DNA of 64,000 bases from Nocardioides sp. (GCA_035554935.1 DATMHM010000094.1:460-64459), one strand, 5' to 3'. Numbered from the stretch's first letter, positions 31,016-40,514 are shown. The notes: generated from the letters alone by a model not told the origin. Numbers and translations are program-made.

Positions 31016-33625
31016 ATGCCCGGCACCAACCTCACCCGCGACGAGGCCGCCACCCGCGCAGCCCTCGTCGACGTGACCTCCTACGTCATCGACCTCGACC
31101 TCTCCGACGCCACCAGCGACGGGGTCGAGACCTTCGGGTCCACCACGACCCTCGCCTTCACCTGCCGCCAGCCCGGCGCGAGCACCTTCGCCGACCTGGT
31201 CGACGCGACGGTCCACGAGATCACGCTCAACGGCGTGACGCTCGATCCCGCGACGTCGTACGCCGACAGCCGGATCACGCTGCCCGACCTGCAGGCCGAG
31301 AACGTGCTCGTCGTGCGCGCCGACTGCGCCTACTCGCACACCGGCGAGGGCCTCCACCACTTCGTCGACCCCGCCGACGGCCGGGTCTACCTCTACTCGC
31401 AGTTCGAGGTCCCGGACGCCCGCCGCGTCTACACCACGTTCGAGCAGCCCGACCTCAAGGCGCCGTTCACCTTCAACGTCACCGCGCCGGCCCACTGGAA
31501 GGTCGTCTCCAACGCGCCGACCCCGGAGCCGTCCCCGACGGGCTCGACCAATGCCCGCGGCGAGGACGTCGCGGCCTGGCGCTTTCCGGCGACCAAGCCG
31601 ATGTCGACCTACATCACCGCGATCGTCGCCGGCGACTACCACGAGGTCCAGGACGTCTACGAGGGCAAGCACGGCACGATCCCGCTCGGGCACTACTGCC
31701 GGCAGTCGCTCAAGGACTACCTCGAGCGCGACCGCGAGGAGATCGTCACCCTGACGAAGCAGGGCTTCGAGTTCTTCGAGGACGCCTTCGGCTACCCCTA
31801 CCCCTTCGGCAAGTACGACCAGCTCTACGTGCCGGAGTACAACATGGGCGCGATGGAGAACGCCGGCTGCGTGACCCTCCGTGACGAGTACCTCCCCCGC
31901 TCGCGGCAGCCGCGCTCGTTCTACGAGTTCCGCGCCTCGGTGATCCTGCACGAGATGGCGCACATGTGGTTCGGCGACCTCGTGACCATGAAGTGGTGGG
32001 ACGACCTCTGGCTCAACGAGTCCTTCGCCGAGTGGGCCTGCTACCACGCCGAGGCGCTCGCGACGTCGTACGACGACGCGTGGACCGGGTTCACCAACGC
32101 CCGCAAGCAGACCGGCTACCGCGCGGACTCCCTGCCCTCGACGCACCCGATCGCGGCCGACAACTTCGACCTGCATGCGGTCGAGGTGAACTTCGACATG
32201 ATCACCTACGCCAAGGGCGCGTCGGTGCTCAAGCAGCTCGTCGCGTGGGTCGGCCTCGAGCCGTTCCTGGCGGGGCTGCGGCAGTACTTCCACGACCACG
32301 AGTTCGCCAACACCGAGTTCTCCGACCTGCTCACCGCGCTCGAGAAGGCGTCGGGCCGCGAGCTCGGCGGCTGGGCGCAGGAGTGGCTGCAGACGGCCGG
32401 CACGAACACCCTCTCCCCCGCGTTCGAGCTCACCGAGCAGGGCACCTACGGCTCCTTCGCGATCGTCCAGACCGCGCCGGAGGACCACCCGACGCTGCGG
32501 CGCCACCGACTGGGCATCGGCTTCTACAACGCCGAGTCGTCGGGCGAGGGGCGGCTGGTCCGCACCGACTACGTCGAGGTCGACGTCGAGGGCGGGCGCA
32601 CCGAGCTCGACGAGCTCGTCGGTCGCGCCCAGCCCGAGCTGCTCCTGATCAACGACCAGGACCTCGCCTTCGCCAAGATCCGGCTCGACGAGCGGTCCCG
32701 CGAGACGGCGATCGCGCGCCTCTCCGGCCTCGACGACTCCCTGGCCCGCGCACTGGTGTGGAGCGCCGCGTGGGACATGACCCGCGACGCCGAGCTGTCC
32801 GCCACGGACTTCGTCGAGCTCGTGCTCGGCAACATCGGCCAGGAGACCGACGCCTGGGGCGTCAGCCGGATCCCCGTCTACGCGGCCCAGGCGGTCACCC
32901 TCTACAGCGACCCCGCGACACGCGCCGACCTCGCCGCACGGTGGGAGCGCGGGCTGCGCGCCCTGCTCGACGCCGCGGAGCCCGGCACCGACCACCAGCT
33001 GACCTTCGCGCGGGCGTTCGCGGGCGCCGCCACCAGCGACGAGGCCGTTGCCGAGCTCGAGGCGCTCCTCGACGGCAGGCTCGTGCTCGAGGGGCTCGCG
33101 GTCGACCAGGACCTGCGCTGGAGCCTGCTCGCGGCGCTCGCCCGGGTGGGCCGTGCTGATGACGCACGGATCGACGCCGAGCTGGCCCGGGACAACACCA
33201 TCTCCGGGCAGGAGAAGTCGGCGGCGGCGCGAGCCGCCCAGCCGACCGCCGCCGCGAAGGAACGGGCCTGGAACCAGGCGCTGCTCGACCCGTCGGTGCC
33301 CAACGAGACGCAGCGCAGCGTGGTGCACGCGTTCTGGCAGCCGGGCCAGGAGGAGGTGCTGGCGCCGTACGTCGAGCGCTACCTCGCCGAGGTCGCCGGC
33401 ACCTGGGAGCGCCTGGGCGCGCACAAGGCGTCCACCGCACTGGAGTTCATCTTCCCGCGACTGGTCGCCACGCAGGCGACGCTCGACGCCGTCGACGCCT
33501 GGCTGGCGGAGAACGCCGACGCCGTCAACGCCGGCGCGGTGCGCTACGTCCGCGAGGGCCGGGCCGACGTCGCCCGGGCGCTGGCCGCCCAGGCCAGGGA
33601 CGCCGCGGATCGCGCGCAGGACTGA
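31016..33625 (+). CDS. pepN: Aminopeptidase N
   Basis: MPGTNLTR, GAMEN, HEMAHMWFG, LWLNESFA, YAKG. Confidence 0.97.
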   Translation: MPGTNLTRDEAATRAALVDVTSYVIDLDLSDATSDGVETFGSTTTLAFTCRQPGASTFADLVDATVHEITLNGVTLDPATSYADSRITLPDLQAENVLVVRADCAYSHTGEGLHHFVDPADGRVYLYSQFEVPDARRVYTTFEQPDLKAPFTFNVTAPAHWKVVSNAPTPEPSPTGSTNARGEDVAAWRFPATKPMSTYITAIVAGDYHEVQDVYEGKHGTIPLGHYCRQSLKDYLERDREEIVTLTKQGFEFFEDAFGYPYPFGKYDQLYVPEYNMGAMENAGCVTLRDEYLPRSRQPRSFYEFRASVILHEMAHMWFGDLVTMKWWDDLWLNESFAEWACYHAEALATSYDDAWTGFTNARKQTGYRADSLPSTHPIAADNFDLHAVEVNFDMITYAKGASVLKQLVAWVGLEPFLAGLRQYFHDHEFANTEFSDLLTALEKASGRELGGWAQEWLQTAGTNTLSPAFELTEQGTYGSFAIVQTAPEDHPTLRRHRLGIGFYNAESSGEGRLVRTDYVEVDVEGGRTELDELVGRAQPELLLINDQDLAFAKIRLDERSRETAIARLSGLDDSLARALVWSAAWDMTRDAELSATDFVELVLGNIGQETDAWGVSRIPVYAAQAVTLYSDPATRADLAARWERGLRALLDAAEPGTDHQLTFARAFAGAATSDEAVAELEALLDGRLVLEGLAVDQDLRWSLLAALARVGRADDARIDAELARDNTISGQEKSAAARAAQPTAAAKERAWNQALLDPSVPNETQRSVVHAFWQPGQEEVLAPYVERYLAEVAGTWERLGAHKASTALEFIFPRLVATQATLDAVDAWLAENADAVNAGAVRYVREGRADVARALAAQARDAADRAQD

Positions 33626-33628
33626 CGT

Positions 33629-33681
33629 ACGACGCAGGACGGCCCGGCTCCCCGAGGGGGTGCCGGGCCGTCCTGCGTCGT
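33629..33681. terminator. Bidirectional terminator hairpin
   Basis: 20-bp arms ACGACGCAGGACGGCCCGGC / GCCGGGCCGTCCTGCGTCGT between convergent genes. Confidence 0.8.
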
Positions 33682-33684
33682 CGA

Positions 33685-34044
33685 TCAGTCGCGGGCGAGC
33701 TCGCCCAGCAGCTCGATGCCACGGTCCAGGCCGCCGGCGAGGTCGCCGTGGGCGAAGCGCTCGGTCATCGCGACGACCGCCTGCTGCGACTCCTCGTCGG
33801 TGAGCCGCTCGCGGGTGTGACCGCCCGTGACGATCTCGACCACGCGACGGTCGGGGTCGACCATGACCAGGATGCTGCGCGAGGGCAGGACCAGGGTGTT
33901 GTGGAGGCTCGTGGCGAAGTCGCGCGGGTCGCCGGAGACGGCACCCACGAACACCGAGATCTCGGCGCGACAGGCCTGCTCGGCCTTGCGGATCGTGACG
34001 TCGAGCGCCGCGCGCTCGGTGGCGTTGAGTGCCGTGGTGCGCAT
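33685..34044 (-). CDS. DUF5130/TPM-like protein (CtaI-like)
   Basis: ISVFVG, ILVMVDPDRRVVEIVTG, FAHGDLAGGL; sits in the pepN-glbO context. Confidence 0.8.
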   Translation of the reverse strand: MRTTALNATERAALDVTIRKAEQACRAEISVFVGAVSGDPRDFATSLHNTLVLPSRSILVMVDPDRRVVEIVTGGHTRERLTDEESQQAVVAMTERFAHGDLAGGLDRGIELLGELARD

Positions 34045-34053
34045 GGTCGCGGA

Positions 34054-34422
34054 CTACCAGCTGCCGCCGGCGCCGCCGGCCTTGGAGTCCTCGGAGTCGG
34101 GAGCCGCGAGCTCACCGGCTGCCTTCCGCGGACCACCGAGCCACTGGCTCTCGGGCTGCAGCGCGTCGGGGCTGAGGTCCTCGCCGCGGGCGAGGGCGGG
34201 GCCGACGTAGAGCAGGGTGATGACGACGAACACCAGCAGCGGCACGCCGCCGAGCAGGAGAAACGCGTCCAGCAGGTCCACGTCCGGCTTCGGCTCCCAG
34301 CTGCCGGGGCGCGGCTCGGGGGTGTCGGCCGAGGCCGCACCGGCACCCACCAGGACGAGGACGGCGCTGGCCCCCAGCAGGGAGCACAGGGCGATGAGGC
34401 GTCGTACGACAGTGCTGGTCAC
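34054..34422 (-). CDS. CtaJ-like cytochrome aa3 supercomplex subunit with N-terminal signal peptide
   Basis: LGGVPLLVFVVITLL TM segment and C-terminal GGAGGSW resemble mycobacterial CtaJ; directly upstream of the DUF5130 gene. Confidence 0.68.
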   Translation of the reverse strand: MTSTVVRRLIALCSLLGASAVLVLVGAGAASADTPEPRPGSWEPKPDVDLLDAFLLLGGVPLLVFVVITLLYVGPALARGEDLSPDALQPESQWLGGPRKAAGELAAPDSEDSKAGGAGGSW

Positions 34423-34506
34423 GGGAGGAGGATATCGGCAGCGCGCCCGCGGCGCAGGGGTGGTGCCCGCCATGGACCTCATTACCCCTTTGGAACACTG
34501 GTGGCC

Positions 34507-35541
34507 ATGGCTTCGACTGCGCTGTCCGTCCTGCCCATGGCCAGTCCCTGCGCCGAGGGTGAGCAGGTCTGCGAGCTGACCTGGGACTGGACCGGCAACA
34601 GCCGGCTCGCGGACTGGTCCGACGTCCTCATCGGTGCGCCGCTCGCCGTCCTCGGCCTCGTCCTCCTCGGGTTCGTGTTCCGCTGGGTGATGCACCGCCT
34701 CGTCGACCGGGTCGCCCGCCGGGCCGAGCGCGGGGTGCTCCCCGAGCGCGTCGAGACGGTCGTCACGGCGCGGCGCAAGCAGCGGGCCGCCACGATGGCG
34801 GGCCTGCTGAAGAGCATCATCACCTTCGTCGTCGCCGCGGTCGTGGGCACGATGGTGCTCAGCGAGATCGGGGTCGACATCGCGCCCATCATCGCCAGCG
34901 CCGGCATCATCGGCATCGCGCTCGGCTTCGGCGCCCAGTCCCTGGTGAAGGACTTCCTCGCGGGGATCTTCGTCTTCATCGAGGACCAGTACGGCGTCGG
35001 CGACGTGGTCGACGTCGGGGAGGCCAACGGCACCGTCGAGGCGGTGACCCTGCGGATGACGCGGCTGCGCGACATCGACGGCACCGTCTGGTACGTCCCC
35101 AACGGGGAGATCGTCCGCGTCGGCAACAAGAGCCAGAACTGGTCGCGCGCCGTCGTCGACGTCGGCGTCGGGTACGGCGAGGACCTGGCCCGGGTGCAGC
35201 GGGTGCTCCGCGAGGTCGCCCACGACCTGTGGGAGGACGAGGACTTCACCCACGTGATCATCGAGGAGCCGGAGGTGACCGGCGTCGAGATGCTGGCCGC
35301 CGACTCCGTGACGATCCGGGTGCTGGTCAAGACCGCGCCGCTGGAGCAGTGGGCCGTCGCGCGCGCCCTGCGGCAGCGGATCAAGGCGCGCTTCGACCAC
35401 GAGGGCATCGAGATCCCGTTCGCCCAGCGGGTGGTCTGGCACCGCGAGGACCGGCGCCAGCACGATCACGACCGGGCCGACCAGGCCGACCAGGCCGACC
35501 GGGCCGACACCCGAGCCCCCGCGAACGGCCGCGAGGGATGA
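34507..35541 (+). CDS. MscS-family mechanosensitive channel
   Basis: ALGFGAQSLVKDFLAG, EDQYGVGDVV, YVPNGEI, GIEIPF. Confidence 0.93.
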   Translation: MASTALSVLPMASPCAEGEQVCELTWDWTGNSRLADWSDVLIGAPLAVLGLVLLGFVFRWVMHRLVDRVARRAERGVLPERVETVVTARRKQRAATMAGLLKSIITFVVAAVVGTMVLSEIGVDIAPIIASAGIIGIALGFGAQSLVKDFLAGIFVFIEDQYGVGDVVDVGEANGTVEAVTLRMTRLRDIDGTVWYVPNGEIVRVGNKSQNWSRAVVDVGVGYGEDLARVQRVLREVAHDLWEDEDFTHVIIEEPEVTGVEMLAADSVTIRVLVKTAPLEQWAVARALRQRIKARFDHEGIEIPFAQRVVWHREDRRQHDHDRADQADQADRADTRAPANGREG

Positions 35542-35933
35542 TGGACCCCGTGGAGCAGGAGCAGACCTTCTACGACGAGATCGGCGGGTTCGAGACCATC
35601 CGCAGGATCGTGGCCAGGTTCTACGAGGGGGTGGCCGGGGACGAGGTGCTGCGCCCGATGTACCCCGAGGCGGACCTCGGGCCGGCCGAGGAGCGCTTCC
35701 TGCTCTTCCTCGTGCAGTACTGGGGCGGCCCGACGACGTACTCGCAGCAGCGCGGCCACCCGCGGCTGCGAATGCGGCACGCGCCGTTCGCGGTCGACAC
35801 CGATGCCCGCGACCGCTGGCTCGGCCACTTCCGGGCCGGACTCGACAGCGTGGACCTGACCCCCGAGCAGGACGCCCGGTTCTGGGAGTACGTGACCCAC
35901 GCGGCGAACTTCATGATCAACACGCCGGGCTGA
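35538..35933 (+). CDS. glbO: Group II truncated hemoglobin
   Basis: FYDEIGG, LRPMYP, QYWGGPTTYSQQRGHPRLRMRH. Confidence 0.93.
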   Translation: MMDPVEQEQTFYDEIGGFETIRRIVARFYEGVAGDEVLRPMYPEADLGPAEERFLLFLVQYWGGPTTYSQQRGHPRLRMRHAPFAVDTDARDRWLGHFRAGLDSVDLTPEQDARFWEYVTHAANFMINTPG

Positions 35934-35952
35934 TCGCACTCCGGGCATGGCT

Positions 35953-36004
35953 GGAAAAGATTTCCGGCGGGCATGTAACGCAGGGACGCCGTCGCAACAG
36001 GTAC
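35953..36004 (+). promoter_or_regulatory. Putative ECF-sigma promoter, copy 1
   Basis: GAAAAGATTTC...ATGTAACGC-N15-ACAGGTAC; repeated near 37298. Confidence 0.65.
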
Positions 36005-36071
36005 TCCACGAGGGGCAACCCTCCCGTCGTGTCAGGGCACGTCCACGACGGCACATCTCGAGAGTGGACCG

Positions 36072-36695
36072 ATGAACCGACCGGACTGGATCGAGACGCT
36101 GCGCGCAGACCTGCGCCCGGTGGATCCGGATCCGGTGCTGCTCGCGCAGCTGACGCAGTTGAGCGCTCGCTCGACGGCGCCCGCTCCGCGACCGGGTCGG
36201 TCGGTTGGAGCGCGGCTGGCGATGGTGCTGGGGGGTGCGATCGCCGTCGGCGCGACGTCCTGGGCCGCGGGCGCCCTGCCCGGAACGGAATCTCCGTTCG
36301 GCCCCGACGAGCGCATCACGCACCAGCCGACCGACCCGAAACCCGGGAGCACCCGAGCCCCGTCTTCGGATGCCCCCGCGTCGCCCGCCGGCGAACCCAC
36401 GTCGCCAGCGGGTGACGGCGAGGCCGGTCCCGCGAGCCGTACCCCCACGCTCCCCGGCTCCAGCGGCCCACCCGGCACCAGTCGCGCGCCGGGGGACCCT
36501 CCCCTGCCACCGGTCGATCTGCCGACCACCCCGGGCCTCCCGAGCGCCCCGGGCACCCCTCGCCCCTCCGACGTCCCGACGGCCACCGCGCCGCCGGGAC
36601 TCGGTCTCGTTCCGGGCTCCTCAGCACCCGACAGCGACAGCGGTGAACTCCGCTCCCCCCGGCCGCAGAGAGCGCTGGTGCGCCCGGCCCAGTGA
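36072..36695 (+). CDS. Single-pass membrane protein with Pro-rich tail (putative anti-sigma, copy 1)
   Basis: DPDPVLLAQL, hydrophobic segment ending ATSWAAG, Pro/Ser/Thr-rich tail; GTGA overlap with the sigma gene. Confidence 0.65.
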   Translation: MNRPDWIETLRADLRPVDPDPVLLAQLTQLSARSTAPAPRPGRSVGARLAMVLGGAIAVGATSWAAGALPGTESPFGPDERITHQPTDPKPGSTRAPSSDAPASPAGEPTSPAGDGEAGPASRTPTLPGSSGPPGTSRAPGDPPLPPVDLPTTPGLPSAPGTPRPSDVPTATAPPGLGLVPGSSAPDSDSGELRSPRPQRALVRPAQ

Positions 36696-37225
36696 CCAGC
36701 GACGACGACGTCGTCAGCGCGGCGAAGCGTGGCGACCCCGAGGCATGGCGTGAGCTCTACCGGGCGCACGCCTCCCGACTGCTGCTCTGGCTGCGCACCC
36801 GGCCGACCGGCGAGGAGAGTCCCGATGACATCGCGTCGGCGACCTGGCTGGTCGCGGCGGAGAAGGTGGCGCGCTTCCACGGCACGTCCGACGACTTCGG
36901 CGGCTGGCTGTTCGGCATCGCCCGCAAGCTCGCCGCCAACGCCCAGCGTCGCGTCGCGCGTCGCGACCGGCTCGTCGTCGACGGTGGCACGCCGCTGACC
37001 GATCCCGGTCCCGAGCCCGCGGCCAGTGGCGGCGACTGGGCCCGCCGTCTCCTGGCGACGCTGCCCGAGCGCGAGCGGGACGTGGTGACCTGCCGCGAGG
37101 TGCTCGACATGGACGTCGCGGCGACCGCGGCGGCCCTCGACATCAGCACCGTCGCCGTCCGCGTCGCCCACCACCGAGCGCTCAAGAGACTGCGCGGGCA
37201 GGTTCAGGAGGAGCCCGTTCCCTGA
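36692..37225 (+). CDS. ECF RNA polymerase sigma factor (copy 1)
   Basis: AKRGDPEAWRELY, FGGWLFGIARK (region 2); LATLPERERDVV...AVRVAHHRALKRLR (region 4). Confidence 0.92.
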   Translation: MTSDDDVVSAAKRGDPEAWRELYRAHASRLLLWLRTRPTGEESPDDIASATWLVAAEKVARFHGTSDDFGGWLFGIARKLAANAQRRVARRDRLVVDGGTPLTDPGPEPAASGGDWARRLLATLPERERDVVTCREVLDMDVAATAAALDISTVAVRVAHHRALKRLRGQVQEEPVP

Positions 37226-37281
37226 CCCCGTCCGCCCCGGCGCCCGGGCCGTTCCCACGGGGCCGTCGGGAAGTCCCGGGA

Positions 37282-37329
37282 GAAAGTTTCGCCACCGATG
37301 TAACGCCGGGCGAACGCAGCTACATGTAC
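37282..37329 (+). promoter_or_regulatory. Putative ECF-sigma promoter, copy 2
   Basis: GAAAGTTTC...ATGTAACGC-N15-ACATGTAC. Confidence 0.65.
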
Positions 37330-37401
37330 CGGGTGAAGGCAGTCCCCCTCTCGGGTGGGGGCTGACTCCGAGCACCCACCACCACTCACGAGGAAGAGTC
37401 G

Positions 37402-38004
37402 ATGACCAGCCTCCACCGGACCGACCAGCTCCGCGTCGCCGTACCGACGCTCGAGCCCGATCCGGTGTTCCTCAACGTGCTGGCCGAGCTGGGCGCGAGC
37501 TCACGGCCAGTCACCCCCCGAGCGGCTCGGTCGGCTGGACTCCGGATGATCGTCGCGACGGCCTCGGTGGCCGTGGTCGCGACGGCGACGTGGGCTGCGG
37601 GCAGTCCCACCGGCATGGACACCCCACTGTCCCCTGCCGACAGCCCCAGCCACGTGGAGCCCTCCGGCCCGCCGAGTCACGGAAACGTCGGAACCCCACA
37701 ACCCGACGTGTCCAACTCGCCCGGCAGCCCCCTGTCCCCGGGGCTGCCGGGCACAACCTCGTCCCTTCCCGAGCGCGCGTCGACCGGCGGCACGAGCAGC
37801 CCGGACCGCTCCCGCAGCGTCCAGGACGGCCCGCAGAAGCGGAAGAAGAACGGCAAGGCAAAGAAGCACGGCAAGCAGAACGCCACCCTCAACCGGCGGG
37901 CCGACCGGCCCCGCCCGGCCGCTTTCCGCAATCTCCGGATCGCCCGGCCGGGCAGCGAGTCCGCAGGCACCGGCACCCCGCACCGACGGGCGGCAGAAAG
38001 GTAA
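37402..38004 (+). CDS. Single-pass membrane protein (putative anti-sigma, copy 2)
   Basis: EPDPVFLNVL, TM ending ATATWAAG, Pro/Ser-rich then Lys-rich tail; paralog of 36072-36695. Confidence 0.65.
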   Translation: MTSLHRTDQLRVAVPTLEPDPVFLNVLAELGASSRPVTPRAARSAGLRMIVATASVAVVATATWAAGSPTGMDTPLSPADSPSHVEPSGPPSHGNVGTPQPDVSNSPGSPLSPGLPGTTSSLPERASTGGTSSPDRSRSVQDGPQKRKKNGKAKKHGKQNATLNRRADRPRPAAFRNLRIARPGSESAGTGTPHRRAAER

Positions 38005-38111
38005 AGAAAAACCTTTCGATTCGACCCACTCGAGGGCCCGGACGCGCGACAATACGTGGCAGGTTCGGGCCCTGTTTGTTCGCCGTTGCCAAGTAGGGGT
38101 GGGATTCGTCA

Positions 38112-38675
38112 GTGCGCGCCGACGACGAGCGTGTCGCTGCCGCGAAGGGCGGTGATCCCCTGGCGTGGCGCGAGCTCTACCGCGACCATGCGGGTCGCCT
38201 GCTGCTGTGGCTCGAGGCCCGGGCCCTCGCGACCGGGGACGCCCCCGAGGACCTCGCCGCGGCGACGTGGCTGGTGGCCGCGGAGCGGATCGCCGACTTC
38301 CACGGCTCCTCCGCCGACTTCGGCGGCTGGCTGTTCGGCATCGCGCGGAACCACGGCGCCAACGCGTGGCGTCGCTCGACCACGCGGGCGCGTGGGCAGG
38401 ACCTGCTCTCCATCGACTCCGAAGCGGCGGTCGCGGGTCCCGAGGGCGGCCTGATCGCCGACGAGTGGGTGCGCCAGGCGCTGGCGAGCCTGCCGCCACG
38501 CGAACGCGACGTCATCGCCTGCCTCGAGGTGCTCGACCTCGACGTCGCGAGCACCGCGTCCGCCCTCGGCATGACCGCGGTCGCCGTACGGGTCGCCCGG
38601 CACCGGGCGCTGCGCCGGCTGCGGACCTCGCTCGGGGACACGACCGGGGCGACACCGGACGTGGCACCCGAATAG
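38112..38675 (+). CDS. ECF RNA polymerase sigma factor (copy 2)
   Basis: AKGGDPLAWRELY, FGGWLFGIARN, LPPRERDVI...AVRVARHRALRRLR. Confidence 0.92.
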   Translation: MRADDERVAAAKGGDPLAWRELYRDHAGRLLLWLEARALATGDAPEDLAAATWLVAAERIADFHGSSADFGGWLFGIARNHGANAWRRSTTRARGQDLLSIDSEAAVAGPEGGLIADEWVRQALASLPPRERDVIACLEVLDLDVASTASALGMTAVAVRVARHRALRRLRTSLGDTTGATPDVAPE

Positions 38676-38686
38676 AACACGTTCTA
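38673..38686. promoter_or_regulatory. KstR-type operator
   Basis: TAGAACACGTTCTA matches TnnAACnnGTTnnA; overlaps the -10 (TACCCT) of the enoyl-CoA hydratase gene. Confidence 0.72.
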
Positions 38687-38697
38687 CCCTTGTGCCC

Positions 38698-39483
38698 ATG
38701 ACGCTGACCGTCTCCGACGACGCCCGTGTGCGGACCCTCGTCCTCGACCGTCCCGAGGCGCTCAACGCCTTCAACGAGGCGCTGTACGACGCCACGGCGG
38801 AGGCGCTGCTCGCGGCGGCCGACGACCCCGGTGTGGCCGTCGTGCTGCTGACCGGCGCGGGGCGTGCCTTCAGCGCGGGCACCGACCTGGTCGAGATGCA
38901 CCGCATCGCGACCGATCCCGGCTTCGAGCGCGGCAACCACGGCTTCGTCGGCCTCGTCGACGCCCTCGTCGACTTCCCCAAGCCGCTCGTGGTCGCCGTC
39001 AACGGGATCGCCCTCGGGATCGGCGCGACGATCCTCGGCTTCGCCGACCTGGCCCTCATGTCGAGCACCGCCCGGCTGAAGTGCCCGTTCACGTCCCTCG
39101 GCGTCGCGCCGGAGGCCGCGTCGTCGTACCTCTTCCCCGCACTGGTCGGCCGTCAGGAGGCCGCGTGGGCGCTGCTCTCGTCGGAGTGGATCGACGCCGA
39201 CCAGGCGCGCCGGATGGGCTTGGTCTGGCGGGTCTGCGAGCCAGCGGACCTGCTGGCCACCGCGCACCAGCACGCCGCGCTCCTCGCCGCACGACCGATC
39301 TCCTCGCTCGTCGCCGTGAAGCGCACCATGGCCGAGCCCCACCGCGCCGCGATCCGCGAGGCCCGCGACCGCGAGAACGCGGCGTTCGCCGAACTGATGG
39401 GCGGACCCGCCAACCTCGAGGCCCTCAGCGCCTTCGCCGAGGGCCGGGAGCCGGACTTCTCCGCGCTGCCGCCCGGCTGGTGA
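38698..39483 (+). CDS. Enoyl-CoA hydratase/isomerase
   Basis: LDRPEALNAF, AFSAGTDL, PKPLVVAVNGIALGIG. Confidence 0.93.
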   Translation: MTLTVSDDARVRTLVLDRPEALNAFNEALYDATAEALLAAADDPGVAVVLLTGAGRAFSAGTDLVEMHRIATDPGFERGNHGFVGLVDALVDFPKPLVVAVNGIALGIGATILGFADLALMSSTARLKCPFTSLGVAPEAASSYLFPALVGRQEAAWALLSSEWIDADQARRMGLVWRVCEPADLLATAHQHAALLAARPISSLVAVKRTMAEPHRAAIREARDRENAAFAELMGGPANLEALSAFAEGREPDFSALPPGW

Positions 39484-39525
39484 CCCGCGTGTGCCCGACG
39501 GTCCGGCGGGGCGGCGAGGCGCTGG

Positions 39526-40419
39526 TCAGGACAGCAGTTGGCTGCCCAGGACCTCGATGATCGCCTCGCGGTAGCCCGGCGGCGGGACGACCGACTGCTG
39601 GGTCGCCGGGTCGAAGAAGACCAGGGCCGCCCGGGACCGGGCCAGCACGCGCTCCCCCGCGGGGTCGGCGGCGTCGACGATCTCCGCCTCGATCGTCATC
39701 GACTTGTTGCCCACCCGGGTCACGGCCGACCAGCAGTCGTAGGGCTCGGAGCGCAGGACCATCGGGGCGACGTACTCGATGTCGGTCTGCGCAACCACGA
39801 CGTGGAGGCGCGGGAAGTCCCGGACTGCGCGGCGCAGGTGCGCGAACGCGGCGATCCGGCCCTCCTGGAAGTACTCGACGTACTTCACGTTGTTGACGTG
39901 GCGGTAGATGTCGATGTCGGAGAACCTGACCGCCACCGGGTAGTGCTGCGCAGCCTCGCGCGGCACCGTGGTCCGGACCGGCAGCACCCGCTGACCGCCG
40001 GGCTCGGCGTACGGCGCCAACGCCTGCCGCTCCGCGTCAGTGACCCGGCGCGGCAGCCCGGTGTCGATCTCGAACGGGGCCAGCACGGTCCGGGCCCGCA
40101 GGTAGACGACCCGGCCACCGTCGTCGGTCTCGTGATAGATCTCGTGGTCCAGCGTGAAGCTGGCCGCCCGCAGATCGCTCACCCAGGTGTCGACCGAGAC
40201 CGTCGCGGTCCGGTACAGCAGTGGCGCGACGAAGCTGACCTCGTGGCGGACCACGACGAGACCGACGCCCTCCTGGCGCTCCACGCCGGCGGCGTGCAGG
40301 CAGGCGCGGATCATCGCGCCGCGGGCCTCCTGGAGGTAGTCGACGTACTGCACGTTGTTGACGTGGCCGAGCAGGTCGAGGTCAGCCCAGCGCAGGGGGC
40401 AGTCGTAGCGGTGCCGCAC
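39526..40419 (-). CDS. Double-hotdog acyl-CoA thioesterase
   Basis: Two copies of the motif: RWADLDLLGHVNN and RFSDIDIYRHVNN. Confidence 0.92.
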   Translation of the reverse strand: MRHRYDCPLRWADLDLLGHVNNVQYVDYLQEARGAMIRACLHAAGVERQEGVGLVVVRHEVSFVAPLLYRTATVSVDTWVSDLRAASFTLDHEIYHETDDGGRVVYLRARTVLAPFEIDTGLPRRVTDAERQALAPYAEPGGQRVLPVRTTVPREAAQHYPVAVRFSDIDIYRHVNNVKYVEYFQEGRIAAFAHLRRAVRDFPRLHVVVAQTDIEYVAPMVLRSEPYDCWSAVTRVGNKSMTIEAEIVDAADPAGERVLARSRAALVFFDPATQQSVVPPPGYREAIIEVLGSQLLS

Positions 40420-40500
40420 GCCCAGCATGGTTCCACGCGTTCGCACCGGCGCTGCTCACGGACCACGTGCCGGTCGCCGGGATGTGGCATCCGCCACGGC

Positions 40501-40514
40501 TGCAACCTGTTGCA
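40501..40514. promoter_or_regulatory. KstR-type operator
   Basis: TGCAACCTGTTGCA matches TnnAACnnGTTnnA; lies between the divergent thioesterase and thiolase genes. Confidence 0.68.

Noticed and set aside
37860-38110. Frameshift or pseudogenisation at the end of the second putative anti-sigma
   Set aside because: The frame stays open to TAA at 38004; the atypical tail and 107-bp gap are suggestive but cannot be judged without orthologs
38673-38686. LexA SOS box
   Set aside because: GAAC-N2-GTTC spacing does not fit the actinobacterial SOS box (GAAC-N4-GTTC); it fits KstR
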